This document shows positions 45,100 through 64,000 of a DNA stretch of 64,000 bases, one piece after another. Source of the stretch: the human T2T-CHM13v2.0 reference genome, Homo sapiens; the NCBI RefSeq assembly GCF_009914755.1, contig NC_060929.1, one strand, 5' to 3'. The position numbers and the translations under genes were made by a program. Positions within the stretch are counted from its first letter, which is position 1. Every line of letters begins with the position of its first letter. A model generated the notes under the pieces. That model worked only from the letters and a program-made list of their open reading frames with translations. It ran no database searches and was not told the origin of the DNA.

Positions 45100-46230
45100 A
45101 AAACATCTTTTACATTGAATAAGTATTTACTGACCATCTACAATATACAAGAACTGCGCTAGATCCCAGAAATACAAAGATATACCAGGCCTCTTCCTTT
45201 GAAGAGCTTATGCACTGTGAGGAGAAACCCATAAACAAATAAGTGACAAATGAAAAGCAATGCAAGAAATATCTGCAAGGGCCACAGGAGGGGAACTATA
45301 AGCCACTCAGTATGACATGCAGTTATGAGGGGAATGACTTGGTAGAAGTAAAGCTAGAAAGATCAACAGAGATGAGGTCTCAGAAGGCCCTGACTGCCAG
45401 AGGAAGGAGATTGGGTTTGATCCCAAAGGCAGTGGATGTGCATGGACGGGAAAGGAGGGCAGAAGACAGATCTTTTCTAGACCAAGTGCTGATCCTAGAC
45501 GTACTCAGGAATGCTGTTGATTATATCACTATCATCTATGTAGACCTGTTTTCAATTCCACATCATCAAATCATGGAAAGAAAAAAGGTTTATGATAATA
45601 TTTTAATATATTCTTTCATTTACCCAACAAATATTTATGAACCCCCACCTGTATTCCAGGAACTGTATTAGGAGGGGACATGCAGTGAGGAATAAAGCAA
45701 AATCCCTGTGTGATCTCATGGAGCTTGTTTTCCAGAAGATAAAAAGCAAAAAGATATAGAAATACAAGGTCAGGCAGAAAGATGCTATGGAGAAAAATAC
45801 ACTGGAGAGGAGCTGGGGAGTGAGGGGATGTGCTCCAAAAAAAACACTTCTATCATTTTCAGGAAGGCCCTCTCTAAGGAGGTAACATGTGAGCAGAGAT
45901 CCAAAGGAAATGAGAGCAAGCCAGGGAAATACTGCAGAGACAAACTTTCAAGGTGGAGGGAATGGCAATTACAAACATTGTAATGTGAGAGCATGCTGGG
46001 AGTGTGTGACGTACAGGAATGCGTCCAGCATCAAGAGACAGTGTGTGTAAGGAAAACACAAGTCAGAAATCAGGTTAGAGAGGCAGCCAAGGGGGCAGAT
46101 CATGCAGAACTTTGTAGGCTATATCATTAAAGACTGAGGGGTTCATTATAAATGACCTGAGAAACCACTGGTGGGTTCTGAACAGAGGAGTCACTTGATC
46201 TGAATTGCTTTTTACTGTGGCACCTGTATA
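45100..46230 (-). mobile_element. L2 fragments
   Basis: aataagtatttactgacc; caacaaatatttatgaa; ggaaggccctctctaaggaggtaacatgtgagcagag. Confidence 0.7.
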
Positions 46231-46983
46231 GCAAATAGATTGCAAGGGGAAAGCAGGGAAAAAGGAAGACACACAGTATGCTGATGGTCTGAATGGGGAT
46301 GTAGCGGTTGAACTGGTAATAACTAGTTAAATTCTCTTTCTCCACAAAGCCATCTAGTTTTTCTGTAAAGCCTTCTATCTCATTGTCCCACAAATCCCTT
46401 CTTTTTCCAAATTAAAAATCCCTTTGCAAAGGCAGATTTCACCTTATCCTTACTGCATTGTATCTACATTGCTTTATGAATGAGACTACAAGCTAACCGA
46501 AAGCATAATGCATTTATTTTGGCAAGCCACATTTCCTAGTATAATACAAGGCAAACAGATAAACACTCAAATACCTATTTATCAATAGACTATATATTAT
46601 ATTATATTATATTTATTATATTATATTATGTTAATTATTAGCCAGTATTATATGGCTACTAAATGATAATTTTTGAAGTTATGCAACAATATTAGTAGTA
46701 CAATATTTTTAAAAAATAAAAGCATGCTGATTATAAAGCCTTTATGAAAAATAATGTATTAAAAAAGAAATATATTTTAAAATTAAGAGTACCTCAGGGC
46801 TGTAAAATAATCAGAATTCTATAAAAGAAATTTAAAAATTTCTTTGTGAGGATGCTATTAAACAAATATGTAAAAATTATATCCATTATATCTTTTCAAA
46901 AAATTATTACTAAACTCTAAACAACCAGTTGCTTGCCAAACTTAGAGTAGATAATAATTTCAGACTTTATGAAAATTAAATGA

Positions 46984-47310
<327 letters not shown>

Positions 47311-48079
47311 AAATCAAGCAAGAAGGCATAGGTAAATTCATCTCAGGAATTTATCTACAGAAACCTACATACTGGGTGATAAGCGACCATCCTTGACTCA
47401 TAAACATCCCAATAACTCAACCTTCCTGTGAGACCAGGGCCTCCCTTTTCCTCCCTCCTGTCACTGATCCCAGCTGGGACTCCTCTACGATTTCTTCCAA
47501 CTGTCAACCTTCCTATTTCCTGTGAAAACAGAAGCCTATGCTACTATCTCTTCCTCCTTTAAATCCATAATCATTCCCCAAGATCATCCTCCTGCTTCTA
47601 GCAGTGGAGGAGCCACTATCAGTATCTTTAATGGAAGCAAGTCTCTGCCGCACAATATTGGATAATGTGGAAGGAGAGGGAGTTGCTTACTCCCAAAGCT
47701 AAAAGAGCAGCATGAAAGGATGAGGTTCCTGTCACCTGCAGCTGGAGCATGGAATACAGTTTACCAGACTGGGGAGAAAACCCACTGTAAGGACTGGTTA
47801 GGTCTATAACACTACTAGATTTGAACCACAGTTGAGCTACATAATGAATTAAGTAGGACTCTGTAAGTTGATCTTGTAATTTAGCTATCTTTTATAGCAA
47901 TGTTCTGAGTAGTGGGGAGAGAGGAGAAGAGCAGAACACTTGTTCCAGGCTACCTGCTTGGAAAGGCTTGGGACAAAACCTATTATTTTGACATAATTTA
48001 TGAGATAAAATTGAAAAATTAATTCATATCTCCCTCCAAAGAGGTATAAAATTGGTATGCCCAATTCCATTTACCTGCT

Positions 48080-48325
48080 TACTTTTTTCCAAGTATACAT
48101 TACTACCACTTAATATACTACAGAATTTACTTATTATGTTATCTGCCATTGTTTCCCCTCTGCCCTACTGGAATGTAAGCTCCACAGGGTAGGGGTTCTT
48201 ATCATTTTCATTTGTTGATATGCCTCCCATGGCTAGAAAAATACCTGGTACATCATAGGTACCAACACATTTCTGTGTAAAGAATGAATGAATGAATGAT
48301 ATGAATGAATGAATACATGAATGAA
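48080..48325 (+). mobile_element. L2 3' end with (GAAT)n tail
   Basis: ggaatgtaagctccacaggg...cctggtacatcatagg...gaatgaatgaatg. Confidence 0.8.
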
Positions 48326-49132
48326 GGATAAGAATGACCCATCTCTTATTGGGATTGTAGCCAGAATATCTGGATTAAATCCCAGCTCTCACCGATTGTG
48401 GACAAGTCAACCTTCATAAATCAGAAAATGGTGTCAATAGTCATAAAACCAAATCAATGTACTACACTGGGTATCCATGGGCTATATAGAGGAGTCAAGT
48501 GAACTAAAAGTTTCAGTGGCATCAATCATAGCTACTACTATCTTAAAGCATTAAAACTAACATCAGGAGGAAGATACAACATGAATCACATACAACTTTG
48601 GCTAGATTTTCTTTAAAATCTGGTTAAGAAATATATTGTGCACTAATAGATAAGATTAAATTTGGCTCCGGGCCTCACAACAATAGCAGGTAAAATTCCA
48701 CAATGTCCCAACACAAGCATATTACTGAATAATAAATCATTTAATTATACCCTCCTAAACCCTAATTACCTAAACATTTGTAGAACCACATTACATAGTA
48801 TGGAAGAAGATATAAACTTATGTAAACATCATCCACATATTATGTTTTTGTAAAATTCACCATGTGTAATTCAGAAAGCCTCTGTCACAGTTATTACTCT
48901 GTGAGTCACTGGAAGATTTTCAGGCTTGCATTATTATTACATACAAAAAGATATGTCTCATTCCCTGGTGTTAGAATGTCCTATACAACTCAAACTTTTT
49001 TGATTTTTCAGCTGAAAGTTTGTAGATGTTTTTGTTAGCTTCAGTGAGAGAACTATCTTTGCAGTTGCCATTTGATAGTTGGCTCCTTGTTATAGATTAC
49101 CGAAGTCTTTATTGGAGTCACCTATTAATATA

Positions 49133-50706
<1,574 letters not shown>

Positions 50707-51944
50707 GAATAGTAAGTAATAGTAAGTAATCAGTGTTACTTTCCTGATTTTTATGCTTGTCTGAGGGTCCTGCAGGGAAGTGACCTAGTTTGTAGGAAAA
50801 ACACACAGAAGTATTTATAGGTGATAGAACATTTGATTAGCAATTTACTTTCAAATGGTTCAGAAAAAAAAAAAAAAAAAAGGTCTTTGGACTGTGCTAT
50901 AGCCGTTCTTGTAAACTGGAGATTGTTAGAAAATTTAAAAATTTGTTTAAAAGAGAAATGGTGAAAGGTCTGAGGGAATGCAAGGTCACATGCGAGCTAA
51001 GAATAGTGTTATGAATACTCTAAGGATGTCAATCATATTGTTCTGGTTTCCATCATTGCCACAAATAACTGAAGGATATAAAATAAAAGTGTGACAGCTG
51101 GGAGATATCGTCACTCTTCTAAGCTTCTCTTGTGCTATACACACACAGGAGCAACATGCTACTTTTTAAATGCATTGCTTTTTTGTAGTCTTCATTATGC
51201 TTCTCTTCTCATGAGATATTCATTGCGAGATTTCAATTTCTCTAAATCGATTTGAAGGCCATGATTTGACCCTTACAAAGTCTGCATAACAAAAACACAT
51301 TTTAAAATAGGGTGCTAAGATAGGGCAACTATGGACAAATAAACTGTGAATCTTCAGCTTTAAGGGGGCCTACTTCAAAAACAGTGGAGCCAGAAGGGGC
51401 TGCTGATTTGTCACGGAAGAGAAGCAGTTTGGGTTTGTGAAAGATAGTAGACTCATGGAAATATTCAACAGGAAGATGATGATAGCAGCTCTGGAATTTA
51501 GGGGACAGGTCAACACTTGAAATATATACTTGAGAATCATTAATGTATTCATTCAACGAAGGTTTGAAAAGAGCATAAAATGTTCTAGGACTGTGCTAAG
51601 ATCTGAGAATCCCAAAACAGTGAGACAAAGATCTTGTTATCAAGAAGCTCACAGTCTGGAGAAGAAGATGAACGAACAGAAGCCATCACAAAGCAATGTG
51701 GAAGACAACAATAGAGATGTGTCAAGGGGATATCATGGAAACCCCAAGGAGACTGACAGGTAATCGATAATGATCTGCCTCAGGAATATTAAAATATAAT
51801 AGCCATAAGAGGAAGTTACTTTTTTAAGTCTGTATTTGAATACTTAATACAATGTCACAAAAACACACAGAAGTCATTCAACAACTATTTCCTCAAAATG
51901 AGATGAACTAAGACAGTCCATGAAAAAAGGTTGTTACATATGTA

Positions 51945-51946
<2 letters not shown>

Positions 51947-51996
<50 letters not shown>
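51947..51996. repeat. (TG)25 microsatellite
   Basis: Directly visible. Confidence 0.97.
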
Positions 51997-52002
<6 letters not shown>

Positions 52003-52524
52003 CATAAAAAACAGATGTAGGGTCATTGTTTTGCCATTAATTGGGTCTGAGGTTTTAAGCATTCCTGTATGACCACCCAAGAGATTACTTATTGATATAT
52101 TTCAATCAGTTAAGTTCTTTGTACCAGTGATACTTAGTCACAAATTGCACCTATGTTGTACTTTCAGTTTTCAAGTCTTACAGGAACCATTCTCTGCTAC
52201 ACCTCTGTGGTCCAGGGGATGAAAGGGATTTACACCTTTGTAAATCTTTCCTTCCTTTCTCTTTCACTCCTATAAAAGAGGGCAACAGAAGTCTGAACTT
52301 GTTTGTTTAAACTCCACCAAATCTTTCTGAGCATGGTTCTAAAAGCAGCACCATGCGTTTCCCCATCTGAGCCTTGATTTTATCTTTTCTGACTGTAGAG
52401 CGGTCATGCTCATAGTTAACAAATAAACAACCCAACTTTTAAAAATCACTTTAATTTCTGTGAGTTTTGGGGTGTTTTTATTTTTTTACACTTTCTTTCT
52501 AGTTTCTGTCTTCCTCCAATTGTC

Positions 52525-52660
52525 TCTGTTTTGTTTTGTGTTTTGTTTTGTTTAAGAGACAGGGTCTTGCTTTATTGCCTGGGCTAGGTTCAAGGGATCC
52601 TTCTGCTTCAGCCTTCCAAGGAGATGGAACTACAAGCATGTGCCCCAACACCCTGCTAAT
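52525..52660 (-). mobile_element. FLAM/AluJ monomer remnant
   Basis: agagacagggtcttgc...ttcaagggatccttctgcttcagccttcc. Confidence 0.7.
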
Positions 52661-52832
52661 CCATTCAGTTTTGTAAAGTTTGTTTATATTTGTTTATGTT
52701 TCTAAGCCCCTGCTTAATCTCTTCTCTTTTTTTTAATTTATCATATGATAGGAATTTTTTAATATTTAGATGTAATATGTTTATTAAATAATGTTGTATT
52801 TCCCTTTCAACTGGATATGAGTACTGCATTTA

Positions 52833-53190
<358 letters not shown>

Positions 53191-53294
53191 AAAGCTATTA
53201 TGAGCAAAGTTATGAAGAACAAAACCACCACTGCAGCTAATACTTCATGCACATACATGACTTTTTACTCAAATTAATACTTGAATAAAATGAA

Positions 53295-53783
53295 TCAAAG
53301 GCATCCCAAGTTTAAAATCTCAAAAGTAGGGGGGATGGAACCAAGATGGCCAAATAGGAACAGCTCCAGTCTACAGTGCCCAGCGTGAGCAACGCAGAAG
53401 ACGGGTGATTTCTGCATTTCCAACTGACATAACGGGTTCATCTCACTGGGGAGTGTCGGACAGTGGGTGCAGGACAGTGGGTGCAGCACACCAAGCGTGA
53501 GCCAAAGAATGGTGACGCATCGCCTCACCTGGGAAGCACAAGGGGTCAGGGAATTCCCTTTCCTAGTCAAAGAAAGGGGTGACAGACGGCACCTGGAAAA
53601 TCGGGTCACTCTCACCCTAATACTGCACTTTTCCAACAGTCTTAGCAAATGGCACACCAGGAGATTATATCCCGTGCCTGGCTCGGAGGGTCCTACGCCC
53701 ACGGAGCCTTGCTCATTGCTAGCACAGCAGTCTGAGATCAAACTGCAAGGTGGCAGCCAGGCTGGGGGAGGGGCGCCCGCCAT
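53295..53783 (-). other. L1 antisense ORF0-like open frame (162 aa, MAGAPPPAWLPPC...), same strand as DEPDC1B
   Basis: ATG at 53783-53781 within track ORF 53295..53939, ORF0 N-terminus recognisable. Expression not shown. Confidence 0.6.
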
Positions 53784-54354
53784 TGCCCAGGCTTGAGTAG
53801 GTAAAGCAGCCGGGAAGCTTGAACTGGGTGGAGCCCACTGCAGCTCAAGGAGGCCTGCCTGCCTCTGTAGACTCCACCTCTGGGGGCAGGGCATAGCCAA
53901 ACAAAAGGGAGCAATAACCTCTGCAGACTTAAATGTCACTGTCTGACAGCCTTGAAGAGAGTAGTGGTTCTCCCAGCACGCAGCTTGAGATCTGAGAATG
54001 GACAGACTGCCTCCTCAAGTGGGTCCCTGACTCCCAAGTAGCTTAACTGGGAGGCACCCCGCAGTAGGGGCTGAATGACACCTCACATGGCCGGGTACTC
54101 CTCTGAGAAAAAACTTCCAAAGGAACGATCAGGCAGCAACATTTGCTGTTCACCAATATCTGCTGTTCTGCAGCCTCTGCTGCTGATACCCAGGCAAACA
54201 GGGTCTGGAGTGGACCTCCAGCAAACACCAACAGACCTGCAGCTGAGGGTCCTAACTGTTAGAAGGAAAACTAACAAACAGAAAGGACATCCACACCAAA
54301 ACTCCATCTGTACGTCACCATCATCAAAGACCAAAGGTAAATAAAACCACAAAG

Positions 54355-55366
54355 ATGGGGGAAAAACAGAGCAGAAAAACTGGAAACTCTAAAAATCAGA
54401 GCACCTCTCCTCCTCCAAAGGAACGCAGCTCCTCAGCAGCAACAGAACAAAGCTGGATGGAGAATGACTTTGACGAGTTGAGAGCAGAAGGCTTCAGATG
54501 ATCAAACTACTCTGAGGTAAAGGAGGAAGTTCGAACCCATGGCAAAGAAGTTAAAAACCTTGAAAAAAAATCAGACGAACGGCTAACTAGAATAACCAAT
54601 GCAGAGAAGTCCTTAAAGGACCAGATGAAGCTGAAAACCACAGCACAAGAACTACATGATGAATGCACAAGCCTCAGTTGCTGATTCGATCAAATGGAAG
54701 GAAGGGTATCAGTGATGGAAGATCAAATGAATGAAATGAAGCGAGAAGTTTACAGAAAAAAGAATAAAAAGAAACGAACAAAGCCTCCAAGAAATATGGG
54801 ACTATGTGAAAAGACCAAATCTATATCTGATTGGTGTACCTGAAAGTGACGGGGAGAATGGAACCAAGTTGGAAAAAACTCTTCAGGATATTATCCAGGA
54901 GAACTTCTCCAATCTAGCAAGGCAGGCCAACATTCAAATTCAGGAAATACAGAGAACGCCACAAAGATACTCCTCAAGAAGAGCAACTCCAAGACACATA
55001 ATTGTCAGATTCACCAAAGTTGAAATGAAGGAAAAAATGTTAAGGGCAGCCAGAGAGAAAGGTCAGGTTACCCACAAAGGGAAGCCCATTAGACTAACAG
55101 CTGATCTCTCGGCAGAAACCCTACAAGCCGGAAGAGAGTGGGGACCAATATTCAACATTCCTGAAGGAAAGAATTTTCAACCCAGAATTTCATATCCAGC
55201 CAAACTAAGCTTCATAAGTGAAGGAGAAATAAAATCCTTTACAGACAAGCAAATGCTGAGAGATTTTGTCACCACCAGGCCTGCCCTAAAAGAGCTCCTG
55301 AAGGAAGCACTAAACATGGAAAGGAACATACGGTACCAGCCACTGCAAAATCATGCCAAATTGTAA
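54355..55366 (+). pseudogene. L1 ORF1p, disrupted
   Basis: ATG at 54355 with early stops. C-terminal half is ORF 54806..55366. Confidence 0.92.
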
Positions 55367-55429
55367 AGACCATCGAGGCTAGGAAGAAACTGCATCAACT
55401 AACAGGCAAATTAACCAGCTAACATCATA

Positions 55430-59255
<3,826 letters not shown>

Positions 59256-59495
59256 ACAATGAGAACACATTGACACAGGAAGGGGAACATCACACACCGG
59301 GGACTGTTGTGGGGTGGGGGTAGGGGGAGGGATAGCATTAGGAGATATATCTAATGTTAAATGACGAGTTAATGGGTGCAGCACACCAACATGGCACATA
59401 TATACATATGTAACAAACCTGCATGTTGTGCACATGTACACTAACTTAAAGTATAATAATAAAATTTTAAAAATAAAAATAATAAAAATAAAAAT

Positions 59496-59890
59496 AAAAT
59501 GTGGCACATATACACCATGGAATACTATGCAGCCATAAAAAAGGATGAGTTCATGTCCTTTGTAGGGACATGGATGAAGCTGGAAACCATTATTCTCAGC
59601 AAACTATCGCAGGGACAAAAAACCAAACACCTCATATTCTCACTCATTGAACAATGAGAACACTTGAACACAGAAAGGGGAATATAACACACCGGGGCCT
59701 GTCCTGGGGTAGGGGGAGTGGGGAGGGATAGCATTAGGAGACACACCTAATGTAAATGTCGACTTAATGGGTGCAGCACACCAACATGGCTCATGTATAC
59801 ATATGTAACAAATCTGCATGTTGTGCACATGTACCCTAGAACTTAAAGTATACCCTAGAACTTAAAGTATTAAAAGAAAAAAAGAAAGAA
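59496..59890 (+). mobile_element. Second L1PA 3'-end fragment joined to the tail of the full-length L1
   Basis: aaaatgtggcacatatacacc...gtaccctagaacttaaagta followed by an A-rich tail. Confidence 0.92.
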
Positions 59891-60239
59891 ATGGCTTTCA
59901 GGAAAAACAAACATGCATTAAAGAACAGTTTTTGGTTATTACTCATCTTTGTATAATTATATACTACTTTCTTTTCTTAGTAATTCAAGTCTTGAGCCTA
60001 AGCTCTTTCAGACAATGAATTAAAATGTTTTCTGAACGTTTTTGGTGAATAGCAACTATGCTTACCGTCATATGATATACTGATTTTCACAAATAGTGCT
60101 TTTGACTTCTTTATTACCTTTAGGATATTGGCAATGTAATTTATGAGTTATATTAAATAAAACCCTTGTCTGCAAAAAATAAAAATAAAACATGATGCTT
60201 TAAAAAAAAAAGTCCTCAAATAACATGTGTTACTTTTTT

Positions 60240-62890
60240 GTTCAATTTTGATTTATAATTAAAATACTACAAAAATGTACCCATTTTAAATGTAGAGCTC
60301 AGTGAGTTTTGACAAATGCATATCCCCATGTAAACAGCACAACAATGAAAATATAAAACTCTTCCGCCCCCCCAAAGAATCTACTGGTGCTGTTTGGCAG
60401 TAAGGCCTCTCGATCCCCTAGACCAAAGCAACCTCTGACCTGCTTTCTGCCTCCATAGATTCCCCTTTCCTAGAATTTCATGTAAATGGAACCAGAATGG
60501 CTTTTATCACTCGGCATATTTTTGAGATTCATTTATATTGTTGTATGTACCCATAGTTTATTTTTATTGCTGGGTAATATTTCATTGCATGGATATACTA
60601 CAAAATATTTTTCCATTCACTTGCTGATAGACATGTAGATTGTTTCCAATGTTTTGATATTATGAATAAAGCTGCTATGAACACCACACAATTTGTGTGA
60701 ACACATGTGTTCTTATCCCTTAGATAAATACCTAGGAATGAAATTAAGGTATGTGTATGTTTAACTTAGTTAGAAATGATGAACTCATTTTCCAAAGTGG
60801 CTGTGTCATTTCACAGTCCTATCAGCAATGTCTGAGGGCTCCAGGAGCCCCACACTCACCAAAAATTTATGTCAGTGTCTTTGGCTTTAGCCATTTTAGT
60901 GTGTACATGGTAGTATCTCATTGTGGTTTTAATCTGCATTTCCTGTATGATTAATGATGTTAATAATCTTTTCATGTGCTTATGAGTATTTCATATATAT
61001 TCTTGTTGTGTCCAGTTTTTTTGTTTTTTTATTGCATTGTCTTAGTATTGAAGTGTTCTCTACATATCCTAGTTATAAGTATTTTGTGAGCTATGTAATG
61101 GGAATTTTCTTGTCTTTTCATTTTCTTAACAGTATATTTCAAAGAGCAGAAATTTCCAATTTTGATGAAGTCTATTTGATGTAGTTTTTATTTTATGGTT
61201 ATGTTTTCTAGGAACTAAGATATCTTTGTCTATGCAAAATTGCAAGAATTTTTCTCCTATACTTTCTTTTGGAAGGTTTTCAGATATCTCTATTATATTT
61301 GAATCTGTGATCCAGTCCAAAGTAAAATTTGAGTGCATACAGTATACAGTATAAAGGTTCACTTTTTCCATAATAGATATCCAGTTGTTCCAACACTACC
61401 CTGAAAAGATGATCCCTTCCCTTGGCTTCTTTGCTGAAAATCACTTGACTACAGATACATGAATCTACTATTGGACCCTCTATTCTATTCCATAGGCCTA
61501 AATATCTATCCTTATGCCAACACCACACTAAATATCAATATACTTTACAGGAAGACTTTACAGTAAGATACCAATACCACACCTGAAAGTAAGATTTTAT
61601 AGTAAGTCTTAAAAACAGGTAATGTAAGTTCTCTAATTTTTTCTCCTTTTCTCCACATTGTTTTGGCTATTCAGATTATTTGTATTTCCAAATAAATTTT
61701 ACAAAATGCTTGAAAACTCTACAAAAAAAAGCTTGGATTTTTACCAAGCTAAATAATCCATGTATCAATTTTGGAAGAATTGACATCTTATCAATATTGC
61801 ATATCTTTCAGTCCATGAACATAGTATGTCTCTCCAGTTATTTAAGTCATCCTTAGTTCCTCTCAACAACATTTAATAGTTTTCATTGTCAGGTCTTGCA
61901 CACACCTTGTTTATCCCTACTTATAATTCATCCCTGAGTATTCCATGTTTTTTGGTGTTATTGGAAACAGATTATTAGGTTGGGTTTTTTGGGGTTTTGT
62001 TTTAGTTTTCCAATTGATTTTTATACAGTGGTCTTATATCCTGCTTCCTTGTTAAGTTTAATTATTAATTCATAAGTGCTTTTTGGGGGCAGATTTCTTG
62101 GGATTTTTGATATCAGCAAACGTAGTTTTAGTTCTTCTTTCCAATCTTAAATCACTTATTTCATTTTCATGCCTTTAAGGCATGAAAGCACTGCTGACCT
62201 CTCATGAAATGTTGTATAGCAGTGATGAGTTTTGTCTTTTTCTGACCATAGGGGAAAGCATTCAGTCTACCACCATTAAGAAAAATGTTATCCATAATTT
62301 TCTCACAGGTACCCTTGATAAGGCTGAGGAAGTTTTCTTCTATTGTAATGTATTTAACATTTTTATCATTAATGGGTGTTGAATATTGTCACATACATTT
62401 TCTGCAATCGTTGAGATGGTCACATGAGTTTTTTTCCTTCATCCTATCGATATGATGAATTATACTGATTGATTTTAGATGTTAAACCAGTCTTACCTTG
62501 CTGGGATAAACCCTACTTGGCCATGATGTATTATTGTCCTTTTTATCTACTGCTGCATTCAATTTGCAAATTTAATGTATTTTTGCATTTGGTTTTATCA
62601 GGGATATCATGTGCTACAATTTTTTTGTGTAATGTATTTGTTGGTTTTATTACCCATGTCAATACTGGCCTCATAAAATGGTTCAGGAAATATTCCCTCA
62701 TCTTCTATTTTCTGAAAGGACTTTCATACAAATGTCATTATTCATTCCAAAGTGTTGGGTAAAATTGATCAGTAAGCCATCTGGACCTGGAGTTCTAGCT
62801 TAATTCTAGCGTGGTCAGAAAACTTAGTACAATTTCAATCATTTTAAATTTACTGAGCTTTGCTTAATTACATGTCACCCTTGACATACA
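60240..62890 (-). mobile_element. Old L1M (MB/ME-like) 3'UTR and ORF2 remnant
   Basis: cccattttaaatgtagagctcagtgagttttgacaaatg 3' end. ORF 61280..61528 WCWHKDR..WNRIE is ORF2-like. Confidence 0.85.
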
Positions 62891-62891
62891 T

Positions 62892-63622
62892 GTTATTTTA
62901 TTATTATTATACTTTAAGTTCTGGGGTACATGTACAGAACGTGCAGGTTTATAACACAGGTATACATGTGCCATGGTGGTTTGTGGCACCCACAAACCAA
63001 AGTAATGTCAAACCAAAGTAATGTCAACTACATTAGGTATTTCTCCTAATGCTATCCCTCCCCCTGCCCCCGACCCCCCACACAGGCCCCGGTGTGTGAT
63101 GTTCCCTGCCTTGTGTCCATGTGTTCTCATTGTTCAACTGCCACTTATGAGTGAGAAGATGTGGTGTTTGGTTTTCTGTTCTTGTGATAGTTTGCTGAGA
63201 ATGATGGTTTCCAGCTTCATCCATGTCCCTGCAAAGGACATGAACTCGTCATTTTTTATAGCTGCATAGTATTCCCTGGTGTATATGTGCTACATTGTCT
63301 TCATCCAGTCTATCACTGATGGACATTTGGGTTGGTTCCGAGTCTTTGCTATTGTGAACAGTGCCGCAATAAACATACGTGTGCATGTGTCTTTATAGTA
63401 GAATGATTTATAATCCTCTGGTTATATACCCAGTAACGGGATGGCTGGGTCAAATGGTATTTCTAGTTCTAGATCCTTGAGGAATTGCCACTGTCTTCCA
63501 CAATGGCTGAGCTAATTTACACTTCCACCAACAGTGTAAAAGCGTTCCTATTTTTCCACATCCTCTCCAGCATCCGTTGTTTCCTGACTTTTTAATAATC
63601 ACCATTCTAACTGGTGTGAGAT
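62892..63622 (-). mobile_element. 5'-truncated L1PA (PA6/7-like)
   Basis: ttattatactttaagttctggggtacatg...ccattctaactggtgtgaga. Confidence 0.92.
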
Positions 63623-64000
63623 TTTATTGGTTAGAAGCAAGTAACAGGTCCCACATATACTCAAGGGTACAAGGTAGCAGGAAAATTGGGGGCCATCTTA
63701 GATTCTGTGCATCCATAAGTACTTTCAAGTATTCTATTTTAGCTCCACCATTGGTTGATAAGCTATACCTCTGTTTAAACAACCACACCAAGATATAATG
63801 CAATTCCTAAAAATCAATAATAAAATCTTAACAGCAGTCATAGGGGACAAAAAAAGATACATTCTACCCCCCTCCTCCTTCAGGGATTCCAATTACATGT
63901 ATATTAGACTGCTAAATATTTCCCATAGGTCATTGAGGCTGTATTTTTGGTTGGCTTTTGTTTTGTTTTGTTGTGGGAGGTTTGTTTTGTTCTTTTTTCT

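Overview
This is primate (human-like) genomic DNA, mostly transposable elements. It is not prokaryotic and has no CRISPR array, rRNA or tRNA. The only host gene I can support is the 3' part of DEPDC1B on the minus strand: four coding exons (44012-43846, 41713-41537, 37408-37223, 36061-35900) that splice in frame into the RhoGAP-like C-terminus, then a ~0.8 kb 3'UTR ending near 35065. The upstream exons lie beyond the window. Two full-length, disabled L1PA elements in opposite orientation bracket the gene's 3' end. The first (7844-14255, minus, L1PA3-like) is nested in an MSTA provirus, and the second (53329-59495, plus, L1PA4-like) is intronic. The rest is Alu, MIR, L2, old L1M, MaLR/ERV LTRs, Tigger/MER DNA transposons and microsatellites, and most short ORFs in the track are repeat-derived noise. 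Two observations stand out. (1) The two inverted L1s differ in subfamily-diagnostic 5'UTR/ORF1 sequence yet share at least nine non-CpG ORF2 variants, which suggests ectopic gene conversion across the gene. (2) The intronic L1's antisense promoter and open ORF0 point into the DEPDC1B 3' exons, with splice donors whose phases allow in-frame fusions. Subfamily names, consensus comparisons and exon numbers are from recall, not from a database search. I found no clearly new biological system, only these testable hypotheses.
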